The position numbers and the translations under genes are program-made. Shown here one piece after another: positions 38,759 to 49,345 of a stretch of 64,000 nucleotides of DNA; the stretch's first letter is position 1; every line of letters begins with the position of its first letter. This DNA is from an uncultured delta proteobacterium. Lineage in GTDB: Bacteria; Desulfobacterota; Deferrimicrobia; Deferrimicrobiales; Deferrimicrobiaceae. The stretch covers positions 115,190 to 179,189 of the forward strand of contig CAWEPX010000003.1 in assembly GCA_963811025.1 (NCBI GenBank), in the 5' to 3' direction. A model generated the notes under the pieces. That model made no database searches and had not been told where the DNA came from. It was given only the letters and a program-made list of their open reading frames with translations.

Positions 38759-39685
38759 CTAGAACAGGTAGGTGAACCGAAGGGTGGTGCGGTTGCCTTC
38801 GGTACGGTTCTCGGTCGACGTCTCCCACTGGGTCTTCAGGCCCGCGGAGAATTTATCGCTGAAGAAGTAGTGCAGCGCCGGGCCGACCGCGAAGACCTGC
38901 TCCTCCGAATTCGAAATATCCCCGAAACTTCCCTCGTCCTCGGTCAGCTGCTTCAGATAGTACCCGGCCACCGCGCCCCGGAACCCCTTGAAAAACTCGT
39001 ATTCGAAGGAATAGTTGAAATGGAAGACCTGTCCGGGGGTGACTTCGGTGGAGAAGCCGTTGAACGGCGAAGGGGAAACGTCGTCGTTCTTGGTGCTGAA
39101 CGTATAGTGGATCCGCCAGGAAGTGGAAAACTTCGGGGTCAGAAACCAGGTGAACGCGTAGTACGGCTCGATCACCCAGAGGTTGCTCCCCGGGTTCAGG
39201 GCGTAATTCTTGTCGTACTGCCCCGTGGGCATGGTGAAGTCCAGTTCGAGCCGCTGCACGATCGGGCGCCCGAGCAGCTTCGTGTCGAGCCACTGGAGGA
39301 ACGGCCCCGCCGTCAGATCGCCCAGCACGCCCGGATTGGTGGGAAGTCCGCCCCCGTTGATGGAGACCACGGGGAGAAGAAGGTCCACCCCGATGTGGGC
39401 GCCCAGCAGCTTCTGCTTGTACACGTGTACGAGCTGGTTCATGGAAAGAACGCTGCTCACGCGCGGAAGGCCCGGAATGTCGTCGCCATTGCTGTCCTTG
39501 AACTCGTCGGACTGGTACACCTGGACGTACTCGGTGAAGAAGGTGCCCACGCCGGGAACGCCGCCGTCCAGGATGTCGGTCAGGCCGAGGTTGAGCGGCG
39601 GCTGGTTGAAGGCCTGGGCGGGGCTGCCGCAAAGCCCCGTCAGAACAAAGGCCATCAGGAGAAACACCGATCCCCGTTTCATCAT
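38759..39685 (-). CDS. outer-membrane beta-barrel protein (MetA-pathway/putative transport family)
   Basis: Signal peptide, alternating amphipathic beta strands, C-terminal ...FTYLF. Confidence 0.65.
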   Translation of the reverse strand: MMKRGSVFLLMAFVLTGLCGSPAQAFNQPPLNLGLTDILDGGVPGVGTFFTEYVQVYQSDEFKDSNGDDIPGLPRVSSVLSMNQLVHVYKQKLLGAHIGVDLLLPVVSINGGGLPTNPGVLGDLTAGPFLQWLDTKLLGRPIVQRLELDFTMPTGQYDKNYALNPGSNLWVIEPYYAFTWFLTPKFSTSWRIHYTFSTKNDDVSPSPFNGFSTEVTPGQVFHFNYSFEYEFFKGFRGAVAGYYLKQLTEDEGSFGDISNSEEQVFAVGPALHYFFSDKFSAGLKTQWETSTENRTEGNRTTLRFTYLF

Positions 39686-39822
39686 CCCCCCTCCTTGTAT
39701 ATCGTTATGCCGTTGTTCCGGCTTCCCAATACATATCCGCGGAGAATCTCGCCCGTCAACCTTTTCTTTGTTCGATTGCGCATTTTCCCCTGATACAATG
39801 GGACGCCACGAAAGGAGGGACC

Positions 39823-40557
39823 TTGGTTTTCTACACGGACCTGAGTGACGTGTATGATGCGCTCTTTCCGGTCTCCGACGCCCAGCGTTCCCTCTTCGAC
39901 CGGCTCCTCGCGTCGGGCCGTGTCCGCCGCGTCGCGGACGCCGGATGCGGCTCGGGGGCGCAGCTTCTCCCTTTCGCCGTCGCGGGGGCGGAGTGCCTGG
40001 GATTCGATCCCGATCCGGCCCTGGTCGCCCGGGCGGAGGCGAAGCTTGCCCCGTTTCCCGGGGCGCGCGTGGAGACCGGCGGGTTTGCGGACGTCGCCCG
40101 CATCGTCTCTCCGCCGGCCGACCTCATCCTTTGCCTGGGCAATTCGCTGGTCCACGTCCCGCAGGAGGAGGCGTCACGCTTTCTCCGGGACGCCGCCGGG
40201 GCGATCACGGGGGGAGGGGAGATTCTGCTCCAGATCCTCAACTACGAGCGTCTGCTTCTCGGGAAGGTCACGACGCTTCCCCTCATGCAGGCGGAGGAGG
40301 GAGCGATCGAATTCCGCCGGGGCTACGTGTGGGAGGGGGACCGGCAGGTGCGGTTCCAGACGGTGCTCCGGATTTCCGAGGGGGGCCAGCCCCGGATCGT
40401 GAGGAACGACATTCCCCTGTACCCGATCTATCCCGATGAGCTGTGGGATATGCTGGATAGGGCCGGGTTCTCCGGGATCCGGTTTTTCGGGGATTTCGCC
40501 GGATCGGATTTCTCGCCGGAATCGGACGCCCTCGTGTGCCGGGCGGGGAAACGGTAA
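39823..40557 (+). CDS. class I SAM-dependent methyltransferase
   Basis: VADAGCGSGAQLL motif I. 244 aa. Confidence 0.75.
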   Translation: MVFYTDLSDVYDALFPVSDAQRSLFDRLLASGRVRRVADAGCGSGAQLLPFAVAGAECLGFDPDPALVARAEAKLAPFPGARVETGGFADVARIVSPPADLILCLGNSLVHVPQEEASRFLRDAAGAITGGGEILLQILNYERLLLGKVTTLPLMQAEEGAIEFRRGYVWEGDRQVRFQTVLRISEGGQPRIVRNDIPLYPIYPDELWDMLDRAGFSGIRFFGDFAGSDFSPESDALVCRAGKR

Positions 40558-40558
40558 C

Positions 40559-41545
40559 GTGGATTTTTCCCGGGTGATTGCGGCGCGGCGGAGCCTGCGG
40601 GCATTCTCGGACAGGCCCGTGGAGCCGGAGAAGATCGAGCGGATGATCGAAGCGGCCCGCTGGTCCCCTTCCTGCGCGAACCGGCAGCCGTGGCGGTTCG
40701 TGATCGTGGACAGGGAATCGCCGGCGAGAGCATCCCTGGAAGAAGCGCTCGATCCGGGGAACGCCTGGGCGAAGCGGGCGCCGGTCCTGATCGTGACGGG
40801 GGCGCGCAAGGCCGATGGAGCCGTCGTGGAGAGCCGGGAATATTTCCTGCACGACACGGGACTGGCCACGATGAGCCTTGTCTACCGGGCGGTGGACCAG
40901 GGGCTCCTTGCCCACCCGATGGCGGGGTGGAAGGAGCAACCCGTGAAAGCCGCGCTTCGCCTGCCGGACGAGTTCCGTCCCATCGCCGTAATCGCCGTGG
41001 GGTATGCGGGGAAGCTCGGGGACGTGGACGAGGAGACACGGAGGAAGGACGAGAAGCCCCGCACCCGGAAGGAAACGGGCAAGATCGCCTTCCGGGGCCG
41101 CTTCGGCGATCCGCTCGCCGCTTCCCTTCCGTCCGCCCCCGCAAAGGTGTTCGAAACCGACATCCCCTTGCGGTTCGGGGACATCGACGCGATGGGGCAC
41201 GTCAACAACGCGGTGACGATGACGCTCTTCGAGCTGGGAAGGGCGAAGTTCTTCGCCGATGTGATGGGAGTGAGGAGGATCGAGGACTTCGAGTTCATTC
41301 TGGCGGAGGCGACCGTGCGGTACCGACTCCCGATCCTGCTTCAGGACCACGTGCGGGTTCGCATGCATATAACCGATGTCACGCGAAGTTCCTTCCGGTT
41401 CCGGGCCGAGCTGTTCGATCCCCGCGACGGACGGGTCTACACGGAAGCGGAGACGGTCCAGGTGATGTACGACTACGGGAAAGGCCGCGTCAAGCCTGTC
41501 CCTCCCGAATTTCTGGAAAAGGTGCGCGACTATATTGGCGGGTGA
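40559..41545 (+). CDS. nitroreductase-family domain fused to hotdog (4HBT/YbgC-like) thioesterase
   Basis: N-terminus IAARRSLRAFSDRPVEPEKIERMIEAARWSPSCANRQPWRFVIV (nitroreductase). C-terminus FGDIDAMGHVNNAVTMTLFELGRAKFF (4HBT). GTG start. Confidence 0.65.
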   Translation: MDFSRVIAARRSLRAFSDRPVEPEKIERMIEAARWSPSCANRQPWRFVIVDRESPARASLEEALDPGNAWAKRAPVLIVTGARKADGAVVESREYFLHDTGLATMSLVYRAVDQGLLAHPMAGWKEQPVKAALRLPDEFRPIAVIAVGYAGKLGDVDEETRRKDEKPRTRKETGKIAFRGRFGDPLAASLPSAPAKVFETDIPLRFGDIDAMGHVNNAVTMTLFELGRAKFFADVMGVRRIEDFEFILAEATVRYRLPILLQDHVRVRMHITDVTRSSFRFRAELFDPRDGRVYTEAETVQVMYDYGKGRVKPVPPEFLEKVRDYIGG

Positions 41546-41767
41546 AGACGCCACCGGACGGAGCAGATAGACAGGATTGCCGACAGTCGGCGTCCGGACG
41601 GTGTTTGTCTGCGGGGCGGAAAGAGCTGCGCAGGAAAAGTCTTCGGTTGAAAACCGAACTGCCGATTCATTATAATGACCGCCGATCAGCACCAGGGCAT
41701 GGTACCTGGCCCTTGGGCTTTTTTTTCCAACGCATTCCCAATTCCATGTTTTTTCGGGAGGTCGCTT

Positions 41768-44431
41768 ATGCCGAGAGCCGCGAAACGGTATGTTTATTTT
41801 TTTGGGGACGGAAAGGCCGACGGAACGGGAAAGATGAGGGACCTGCTGGGCGGAAAGGGGGCGGGCCTGGCGAATATGGTGAACCTGAAGATCCCCGTTC
41901 CCGCCGGATTCACCATCACCACGGAGGCATGCAATACGTACTTCGGGAACGGGAAAAAATATCCACCCGGCATGTGGGACCAGGTTCTATCCAACCTGAA
42001 GAAGGTGGAGAAGGCGATGGGGACGAAGTTCGGGGATGCGAAAGATCCTCTCCTCCTTTCCGTCCGTTCGGGATCGAAATTCTCCATGCCCGGGATGATG
42101 GACACGGTGCTGAACCTCGGACTCAATGACACGACGCTTAAGGCTCTCGTCGCGAAGACGGGCAATGAGCGTTTCGCTCTGGACACCTACCGGAGACTGA
42201 TCTCCATGTTCGGAAGCACCGTCATGGGGATCGACCGGCAGCTTTTCGAAAAGGTTCTGGAAGCGAAGAAGGCGGGCAGGAAGGTCCGTCTTGACACGGA
42301 TCTGACCGTGGAGGATTTACGGGACCTCGTCGGGAAGTTCAAGAAAGTCTTCGAGAAGGAAACCGGGAAAAGTTTCCCGAAGGACCCTCTCCAGCAGCTC
42401 AGGCTGGCCATCAATGCCGTGTTCGACTCCTGGTTCGCCGACAGGGCGGTCACCTACAGAAAACTCAACAATATTTCCCATGATCTCGGAACGGCGTGCA
42501 ACGTCCAGGCCATGGTCTTCGGGAATATGGGCGAGAACTCGGGCACCGGCGTCGGTTTTACCCGGGACCCCTCCACCGGCCAGAAGAAATTCTTCGCCGA
42601 ATACCTCACCAATGCGCAGGGGGAGGACGTCGTGGCGGGGATCAGGACACCACTTCACATCGATGAACTGAAAAGAAAAATTCCCGCCGCGTACAAGGAA
42701 CTGGAAAAGACCTACCGGAAGCTGGAGAGGCACTACAAGGACATGCTGGACATCGAGTTTACCATCCAGGACGGCAAGCTCTACATGCTCCAGACCCGGG
42801 TCGGAAAGCGGACGGCCGCCGCATCCCTGCAGATCGCCATCGACATGGTCAAGGAAAAACTGATCGACAGGAAAACGGCCATCATGCGGATCGACCCCGG
42901 TCAGCTGGATACGCTCATGCACCCGTCCTTTGACCCGAAGGTTCCCGTCAAGGTCATCGGCAAGGGGCTTCCCGCATCGCCCGGCGCCGCGGTCGGCACG
43001 GTCGTGTTCTCCGCGGAAGACGCCGAACAACGGGCCGAACGGGGAGAAAAGGTGATCCTGGTGAGAACCGAGACCTCACCCGAGGATATCGGAGGCATGG
43101 ATGCGGCCCAGGGGATTCTCACTGCCCGGGGAGGGATGACGTCCCATGCGGCCGTTGTGGCAAGGGGGATGGGCAAGTGCTGTGTCGCCGGCTGCTCCGC
43201 GCTCAATATCAACGAAAAGAAGAAGACCATGACCCTGGAGCCGCACACCCTGAAGGAGGGCGATACCATCACCCTCAACGGGACCACGGGGGAAGTCATC
43301 CTGGGGAAGGTTCCCCTCGTGGAACCGGAACTCACGGGGAATTTTCACACCATCATGAAGTGGGCCGATGAGGCAAGGGAGCTCGGAGTCCGGGCCAACG
43401 CCGATACGCCGGCCGATGCCCGCATGGCGCTCAAGTTCGGCGCGGAAGGGATCGGACTCGTCCGCACGGAGCACATGTTCTTCGAGGCGGAGAGAGTGCA
43501 GGCGGTGCGCGAAATGATCCTGGCCGACGACACGGAAGGGAGGAAAAAGGCCCTCAAGAAGATCCTCCCCATGCAACGAAAGGATTTCATCGAGATCTTC
43601 AAGGTGATGAACGGGTTGCCGGTGACCATCCGTCTCCTCGATCCGCCGTTGCACGAATTCCTGCCGAAAACCGATGAGGAACTGAGGGCGATCGCCAAGG
43701 ATCTGGGCGTCCCCTTCCAGAAACTGCAGGCACGCAACAAGGCGCTGCACGAGTTCAACCCCATGCTGGGGCACAGAGGATGCCGGCTCGGCATCACGTA
43801 CCCGGAAATCTCGGAGATGCAGGTCCAGGCCATCATGGAAGCCGCCTGTCATGTGGCCAAGCAGAAGATCAAGGCTATCCCCGAGATCATGATTCCGCTC
43901 ATCGCCGACGTGAAGGAATTTCGCATGATGCGCGAGTTGACGGTGAGGGTCGCCGAAGCGGTGCAGAAGCGGTACGGGGTCAAGGTCCGCTACGATGTGG
44001 GGACCATGATCGAAATCGCCCGGGCGGCCCTGCTGGCCCACGAGATCGCGCCGGAAGCCGACTTCTATTCCTTCGGCACCAACGACCTGACCCAGACGAC
44101 GTACGGCCTGTCGAGGGACGATGCGGGAAGGTTCCTGCCCTACTACGTGGCCCACGGGATCTTCGAGGATGATCCCTTCATCACCCTCGACCGGAAGGGC
44201 GTCGGTCTCCTCATGAGGATGGCCATCACAAACAGCCGGAAGATCAAGAAGGGGATGAAGATGGGGATCTGCGGGGAGCAGGTGGATCCCCGGTCGGTCG
44301 AGTTCTGCGACGAGATCGGACTCACCTATGTGAGCGGCTCCCCGTACCGGTTGCCGGTGGCCCGTCTTGCGGCGGCCCAGACGACGATTGCGAAAAAGAG
44401 GAAAAAGGGCACGTCCCTGTCGTCGGTGTAA
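41768..44431 (+). CDS. ppdK: pyruvate, phosphate dikinase
   Basis: 887 aa. Catalytic His region GGMTSHAAVVARGMGKCCVAG and C-terminal PEP-utilising TIM barrel. Confidence 0.9.
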   Translation: MPRAAKRYVYFFGDGKADGTGKMRDLLGGKGAGLANMVNLKIPVPAGFTITTEACNTYFGNGKKYPPGMWDQVLSNLKKVEKAMGTKFGDAKDPLLLSVRSGSKFSMPGMMDTVLNLGLNDTTLKALVAKTGNERFALDTYRRLISMFGSTVMGIDRQLFEKVLEAKKAGRKVRLDTDLTVEDLRDLVGKFKKVFEKETGKSFPKDPLQQLRLAINAVFDSWFADRAVTYRKLNNISHDLGTACNVQAMVFGNMGENSGTGVGFTRDPSTGQKKFFAEYLTNAQGEDVVAGIRTPLHIDELKRKIPAAYKELEKTYRKLERHYKDMLDIEFTIQDGKLYMLQTRVGKRTAAASLQIAIDMVKEKLIDRKTAIMRIDPGQLDTLMHPSFDPKVPVKVIGKGLPASPGAAVGTVVFSAEDAEQRAERGEKVILVRTETSPEDIGGMDAAQGILTARGGMTSHAAVVARGMGKCCVAGCSALNINEKKKTMTLEPHTLKEGDTITLNGTTGEVILGKVPLVEPELTGNFHTIMKWADEARELGVRANADTPADARMALKFGAEGIGLVRTEHMFFEAERVQAVREMILADDTEGRKKALKKILPMQRKDFIEIFKVMNGLPVTIRLLDPPLHEFLPKTDEELRAIAKDLGVPFQKLQARNKALHEFNPMLGHRGCRLGITYPEISEMQVQAIMEAACHVAKQKIKAIPEIMIPLIADVKEFRMMRELTVRVAEAVQKRYGVKVRYDVGTMIEIARAALLAHEIAPEADFYSFGTNDLTQTTYGLSRDDAGRFLPYYVAHGIFEDDPFITLDRKGVGLLMRMAITNSRKIKKGMKMGICGEQVDPRSVEFCDEIGLTYVSGSPYRLPVARLAAAQTTIAKKRKKGTSLSSV

Positions 44432-44443
44432 GCGAAAACGAAC

Positions 44444-44480
44444 AGGGCTCCCTCCGGTTTCCGGAGGGAGCCCTTGCTTG
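44444..44480. terminator. bidirectional terminator hairpin AGGGCTCCCTCCGG-tttc-CGGAGGGAGCCCT
   Basis: Perfect 14-bp stem between convergent ppdK and ggt. T-rich flank on the minus-strand side. Confidence 0.6.
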
Positions 44481-44501
44481 ACCCTCCTGTCCCGCCCGAC
44501 C

Positions 44502-46290
44502 CTACCACCCTATGGCATAGCCGGTATCCAGGCGCGCCGTCGCCACACCGTGGAGCACTCCGCTGCCGGCATCGTACCGTATGCCGAGAACCCGTCCGTG
44601 GCTCCAATCCCCGCCGACTTCCACCGTATGCCCCTTTTCCCGAAGGGCGGCTATCGTCGACTCGGGGATGCGGCTCTCCAGGTGCATGGTCCCCGGTTGC
44701 GCGCTGTGCGGGTGGAAGGATGCGGGAAAATGGCTCGTGTGGAAAGTGGGCGCGTCGACGGCGACCTGCATGTTCATGCTGAAATCGACGCAGTTTATGA
44801 AGAACTGGAGCGACCACTGGTCTTGCTGGTCCGCCCCCGGTGTCCCGAGCGCCATGAACGGCCTGCCGTCCTTCAGCACAATCGTGGGAGTGAGGGTGGT
44901 GCGGGGACGTTTGCCGGGCTGAAAGGCAATTGGCGTGGCCTTTGTCCAGGTAGAACATCTGCATGCGGGTTCCAAGGGGAAACCCCAGGCCCTCGATGAC
45001 CGGCGAACTTCGGAACCATCCTCCGCTGGGCGTGGCGGACATCATGTTCCCCCACTGATCCGCCGCATCCAGATGGGTGGTGTCTCCCTTGTGGATGTCC
45101 AGGCCTCCCTTCCTTTCCCTGGGCTTTACCGGCGGGGCGTTGCCGGGTCGCAGTTCCAGGGATGCGCATTCCGGGTCGATCAGCGTGCGGCGCTTTGCCG
45201 CGTACGCCTTGGAAAGAAGGATATCGAGGGGAACGTCGACGAAGTCCGGGTCGCCGTAATATTTTTCCCGGTCCGCGAACGCAAGTTTGGCCGTTTCGAT
45301 CAGGAGGTGGATGTATTCGGGGGAGTTGTGTCCCAGGGAGGCCAGGTCGAACCCTTCCAGGATGGTCAACTGCTGCAGGAAGACCGGTCCCTGCGACCAG
45401 GGGCCGCATTTGAAGACGTCGTACCCCCGGTAGTTCGCCGTTACCGGGTCTTCGACCCGGGTTGCGTAGCGAGACAGGTCCTCCTTCGCGATCAGCCCGC
45501 CGTGAAGCTTTCCCGTGGAGTCGGGGAGTCGGCTTTCGGTGATGAACGTGATGATCCGCTTCGCGATCTCTCCCTTGTAGAAGACGTCGTGAGCTGCCTG
45601 GAGCGCTTCCCGACGGCCTCTTCGTCTCTCCCGGGATTCCGCCTCCACGAGCATTGCAAACATCCCGGCAAGGTCCTTTTGGACATAGATCTCCCCCACG
45701 GCCGGAACCCGTCCGTCGGGGAGATAGGCCCGGGCCGAACTCGGCCATTTCTCCAGGAACTGCTCCTTGCTCCGCTCGAAGGCGGACGCAAGTCTTCCGA
45801 ACATGGGGAATCCCCGTTCCGCCAGGTCCATGGCAGGCGAAAGGACCTGCGCAAGTCGCATGGTCCCGAAGCGGGACAGGGCTGCGATCCAGGTCGAGAC
45901 CGCGTCCGGAACGGCGGCGGCCAGCAACCCGTCGCCGGGAATGGTCTCGATCCCGTTCTTCCGGAACCAATCGATGGTCGCTCTTTGCGGGGCGGGTCCC
46001 TGGCCGGAGAGGCTCACTACACGTTTCTCGTCCGCCAGGTAGATCAGGATGGGAACTTCGCCGCCGATGCCGTAAATGTACGGCTCCAGGACGGCCAGGG
46101 CGAATCCCATCGCCACGCCGGCGTCCACGGCGTTCCCGCCCTCCTCGAGAATGTGCAGTCCGATCCTGCTGGCAAGATAATGCCCGGAGGTGACCATTCC
46201 ATGCGTGCCCATGATGACGGGGCGGGTGGTGAACGCCCCCGTGTCGGGACCGGCCAGGATGGAGAGCATATCTCTGGAGTCGGTTGACAT
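44502..46290 (-). CDS. ggt: gamma-glutamyltransferase (apparent frameshift near 44960)
   Basis: N-terminal 450 aa in frame A (TTRPVIMGTHGMVTSGHYLAS...GTRMQMFYLDKGHANCL). C-terminal small subunit in frame B, ORF 44502-44975 (...TPGADQQDQWSLQFF...). Confidence 0.7.
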
Positions 46291-46338
46291 CACGCGCACC
46301 TTCCTTGGACGTTGCGGTTCACGGCTGCCCTTCAAAGG

Positions 46339-48133
46339 TCAGGACTGGCGGAGCCTGTCCCGCAAGGCCTTCAGTTGGACATCGAGGCGTTTCGGGAGGT
46401 GGCTGCCGAACCGGTCGTAGAAGACTTCGATATCGAAGTATTCGGACTTCCAGACATCCGGGTCGAGCCGGAAAAGCTCCTCCATGTCAGCGGGAGGGAT
46501 GGACAGACCCGAAAGATCGAGGTCCCCTTCTTCCGGCAACAGGCCGATGAACGTTTCCCTTGCCCCGACCTTGCCGTCGACCCTGTCGCACATCCATTTG
46601 AGGACCCGGCTGTTTTCGCCGAAGCCCGGCCACAACCATCGTCCGTCGTTCCCCTTGCGGAACCAGTTGACGTAGAAGACCCGGGGGGCCTTTTCCCCAG
46701 CCTGACCCCCATCTCGAGCCAGTGCTGGAAGTAGTCTCCCATGTTGTATCCGCAGAAGGGCTTCATGGCGAAGGGGTCACGGCGCACCCGGGAGACCTTG
46801 TCGAGGATGGCTGCGGTGCTTTCCGAGGAGGCCGAGGAGCCCAGGAAGACTCCATGGTCCCAATTGAATGCCTCGAAGACCAGGGGCACCGCTGCGGACC
46901 GGCGCCCGCCGAAAAGGAAGATGTCGATCGGGATCCCCTCGGGATCCTCCCAGTCACGGATGGCGCTCGGGCACTGGCCGATGTGGGCGGTGAAGCGGGC
47001 GTTGGGGTGGGCCGCAGGTTCTTCCTCGTCCGGCGTCCAGTCCCAACCCTTCCAGTCGATGAGGTGGGACGGGACCGGCCCGTCCATCCCTTCCCACCAG
47101 ACATCCCCGTCGTCGGTCAGGGCGCAGTTCGTGAAGATGATGTTCTCCTTCAGCATCTCTGCCGCGACCGGGTTGGATCCGTAGGAAGTGCCCGGGGCCA
47201 CGCCGAAGAGGCCCGTCTCCGGGTTGATGGCATGCAGTCGTCCGTCCGGACGGATTTTCATCCAGCAGATGTCGTCGCCGATGGTTTCGGCCGTCCAGCC
47301 GGGGATGGTCGGCTTGATCATCGCCAGGTTCGTTTTTCCGCACGCGGAAGGGAAGGCGGCGGCGATGTGGTACTTCCGTCCCTCCGGGCTTACGAGGCGA
47401 AGGATCAGCATGTGCTCGGCCAGCCAGCCTTCCCGCCGGGCGATCGCCGAGGCGATGCGCAGGCTGAGACACTTCTTGCCCAGCAGGGCGTTCCCTCCGT
47501 AGCCGGATCCGTAGGACCAGATCAGGTTTTCCCGGGGGAAATGGCTGATGTACTTGTCTTCTATGGGTGCGCAGGGCCAGTGGACGTCATGCTGCCCCGG
47601 CTCCAGGGGGGACCCCACGGAATGCAGACAGGGGATGAACTCTCCCTCGGTGCCAAGCGCCTCCAGAACCCGGGAGCCGACCCGGGTCATGAGGTGCATG
47701 TTGCAGACCACGTAGGGGCTGTCCGAGATCTGCACGCCGATCTTGGCCAGAGGCGATCCGACGGGTCCCATGGAGAAGGGGATGACGTACATCGTGCGCC
47801 CCTTCATGCAGCCGTCGTACAGGCCCTTCATGGTGGTTTTTCAGCTCGACGGGATCGATCCAGTTGTTGGTGGGGCCGGCCTCCTCCGCGGTAGGGGTGC
47901 TGAGGTAGGTGCGCGCCTCGATCCGGGCGACGTCGCTGGGATCGGACCGGAAGAGGAAGCTGTTCGGCCGCTTCTTGAAGCGGGATGGCGGTTCCGCTTT
48001 CCACCATCATCGTCATCAATCGGTCGTACTCTTCCCTGGAGCCGTCGGCCCAGGAGATCCGGTCGGGCCGGCACATGGCCGCAACTTCCTCGACCCAGCG
48101 CGTAAGCCCGGCGTGTCTGCATGTCACCGTCAT
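46339..48133 (-). CDS. pckG: phosphoenolpyruvate carboxykinase (GTP) with at least three frameshifts (~46640, ~47836, ~47990)
   Basis: The kinase-1a/GTP-binding regions are present but split between ORFs 47828-48235, 46371-47831 and 46339-46635. The 47836 shift is an A5 run where A4 restores VELKTTMKGL. Confidence 0.7.
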
Positions 48134-48451
48134 AGGATCATCCCCCCGTCGGTTTTCTTGTCGCGTGCTTTCCCTTCTTAAGGATGCGCGTTTCCTGCGA
48201 ATCCCGGGACTACCGTTAAGAAACTGGTTTCCCATATCCTTGCGCTGGCGATCGTGAACGACGCCGGTTAGAAAAAAATTATGGGACCGTCAGGAGGAGG
48301 GCAGGACACTTCCCTCCGGAGTCCGGAAAAGGGTTCCGGGAAAAAGCTACCCGTGATGAACAATGGGCAACCGGCAACCGATCACGAATCGCCGTGAGCA
48401 CTTGCCCGTGCGGACCGGCAACGGCGGATTCACGGGAAAGACCGGATGCGT

Positions 48452-48943
48452 TTAGCTCGGTCCTCCGCAATAGTGGGTCAGGACAGCGTACCGTGACTGC
48501 GACATGATCTTCGTCGCGACGGTTCCGAACAAGGCCCCCATGGCCCCCGGGTTGCCATGCGTCGAGATGAAAATGAGGTCGCAGCCTTTTTCCTTGGCCA
48601 CCTTGAGGATGCCGTCCACAGGGGATTTTTCCGTAACCTGAACCGTCTCGCACGGCACTCCGACCTCGGCGCACATCTTTTCCGCCACCTCGAGCGCCTT
48701 GGTCGCCAGTTCCTTACGGGACTCCTCCAGGTGCGCCATGTCATCCTGGAGCCTCTTGGCGTCCGAGCGAGCCGATAACGATTCGACCGAATACACCTCC
48801 AGGATTTCACGGGCGCTGAGCTTACCCGTGACATGGACCGCGATGATTTTTGCGTTCAGTTCTTTGGCCAGGAGAATCCCGTGGCAGGTACCGTACGCGC
48901 ATTTCCCCAACCCATCTGTCGGCAAGAGGATGTTCTTGTACAT
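48452..48943 (-). CDS. uspA: universal stress protein (UspA family)
   Basis: MYKNILLPTDG...ATP-binding G-x2-G-x9-G(S/T) region (FISTHGNPGAMGALFGTVATKI). 163 aa. Confidence 0.8.
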   Translation of the reverse strand: MYKNILLPTDGLGKCAYGTCHGILLAKELNAKIIAVHVTGKLSAREILEVYSVESLSARSDAKRLQDDMAHLEESRKELATKALEVAEKMCAEVGVPCETVQVTEKSPVDGILKVAKEKGCDLIFISTHGNPGAMGALFGTVATKIMSQSRYAVLTHYCGGPS

Positions 48944-49143
48944 GCGTTCTCCTTCGTCTGCACCCGGCCGGTATTCCCGGGTCCCGAGATGTGATTGCGT
49001 GCCGATTGTGAAGGAATTGGAAACGCATGTCAAGAGAGAGGTGTTGTGCGAACGTTCTTCGTGCGAGCATTGTCGAATCGGAAAGGGGAGCCGGGGTATT
49101 CGCGTCATTTCCTCCGGCGAGTGTATTTGGCATTACGAATACA

Positions 49144-49153
49144 GGGGGGGGGG
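49144..49153. repeat. G10 homopolymeric tract in the uspA/cdc48 divergent intergenic region
   Basis: acaGGGGGGGGGGttg counted directly from the sequence. Confidence 0.7.
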
Positions 49154-49240
49154 TTGTCTCGACATCTCTTCCGGGAGATGTATACTGTACACCTTAACCC
49201 CTTAAGAAATATGGTTGTTGCGGATCACTCGTATTTTCCC

Positions 49241-49269
49241 TTGACAGGGGGTTCCGGTTAAACATATTC
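49241..49269 (+). promoter_or_regulatory. sigma70-like promoter TTGACA-N17-ATATTC upstream of the cdc48-like gene
   Basis: Canonical -35 with a 17-bp spacer. Lies immediately 5' of the operator pair. Confidence 0.55.
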
Positions 49270-49271
49270 TC

Positions 49272-49306
49272 TGGTCTGACCATCAGTCCTAACGCTGGTC
49301 AGACCA
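49272..49306. promoter_or_regulatory. two FadR/GntR-type operator palindromes TGGTCTGACCA and TGGTCAGACCA
   Basis: 11-bp palindromes TGGTC-N-GACCA 24 bp apart centre to centre, overlapping the predicted transcription start. Confidence 0.6.
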
Positions 49307-49345
49307 CCCAACAACTGGCTTTAAATCAATGGTTAGAACGGTAGG

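Noticed and set aside
44326-46335. 669-aa single ORF as one protein
   Set aside because: Only the N-terminal ~450 aa are GGT-like. The C-terminal third is junk read-through caused by a frameshift. The true GGT small subunit is ORF 44502-44975 in another frame.
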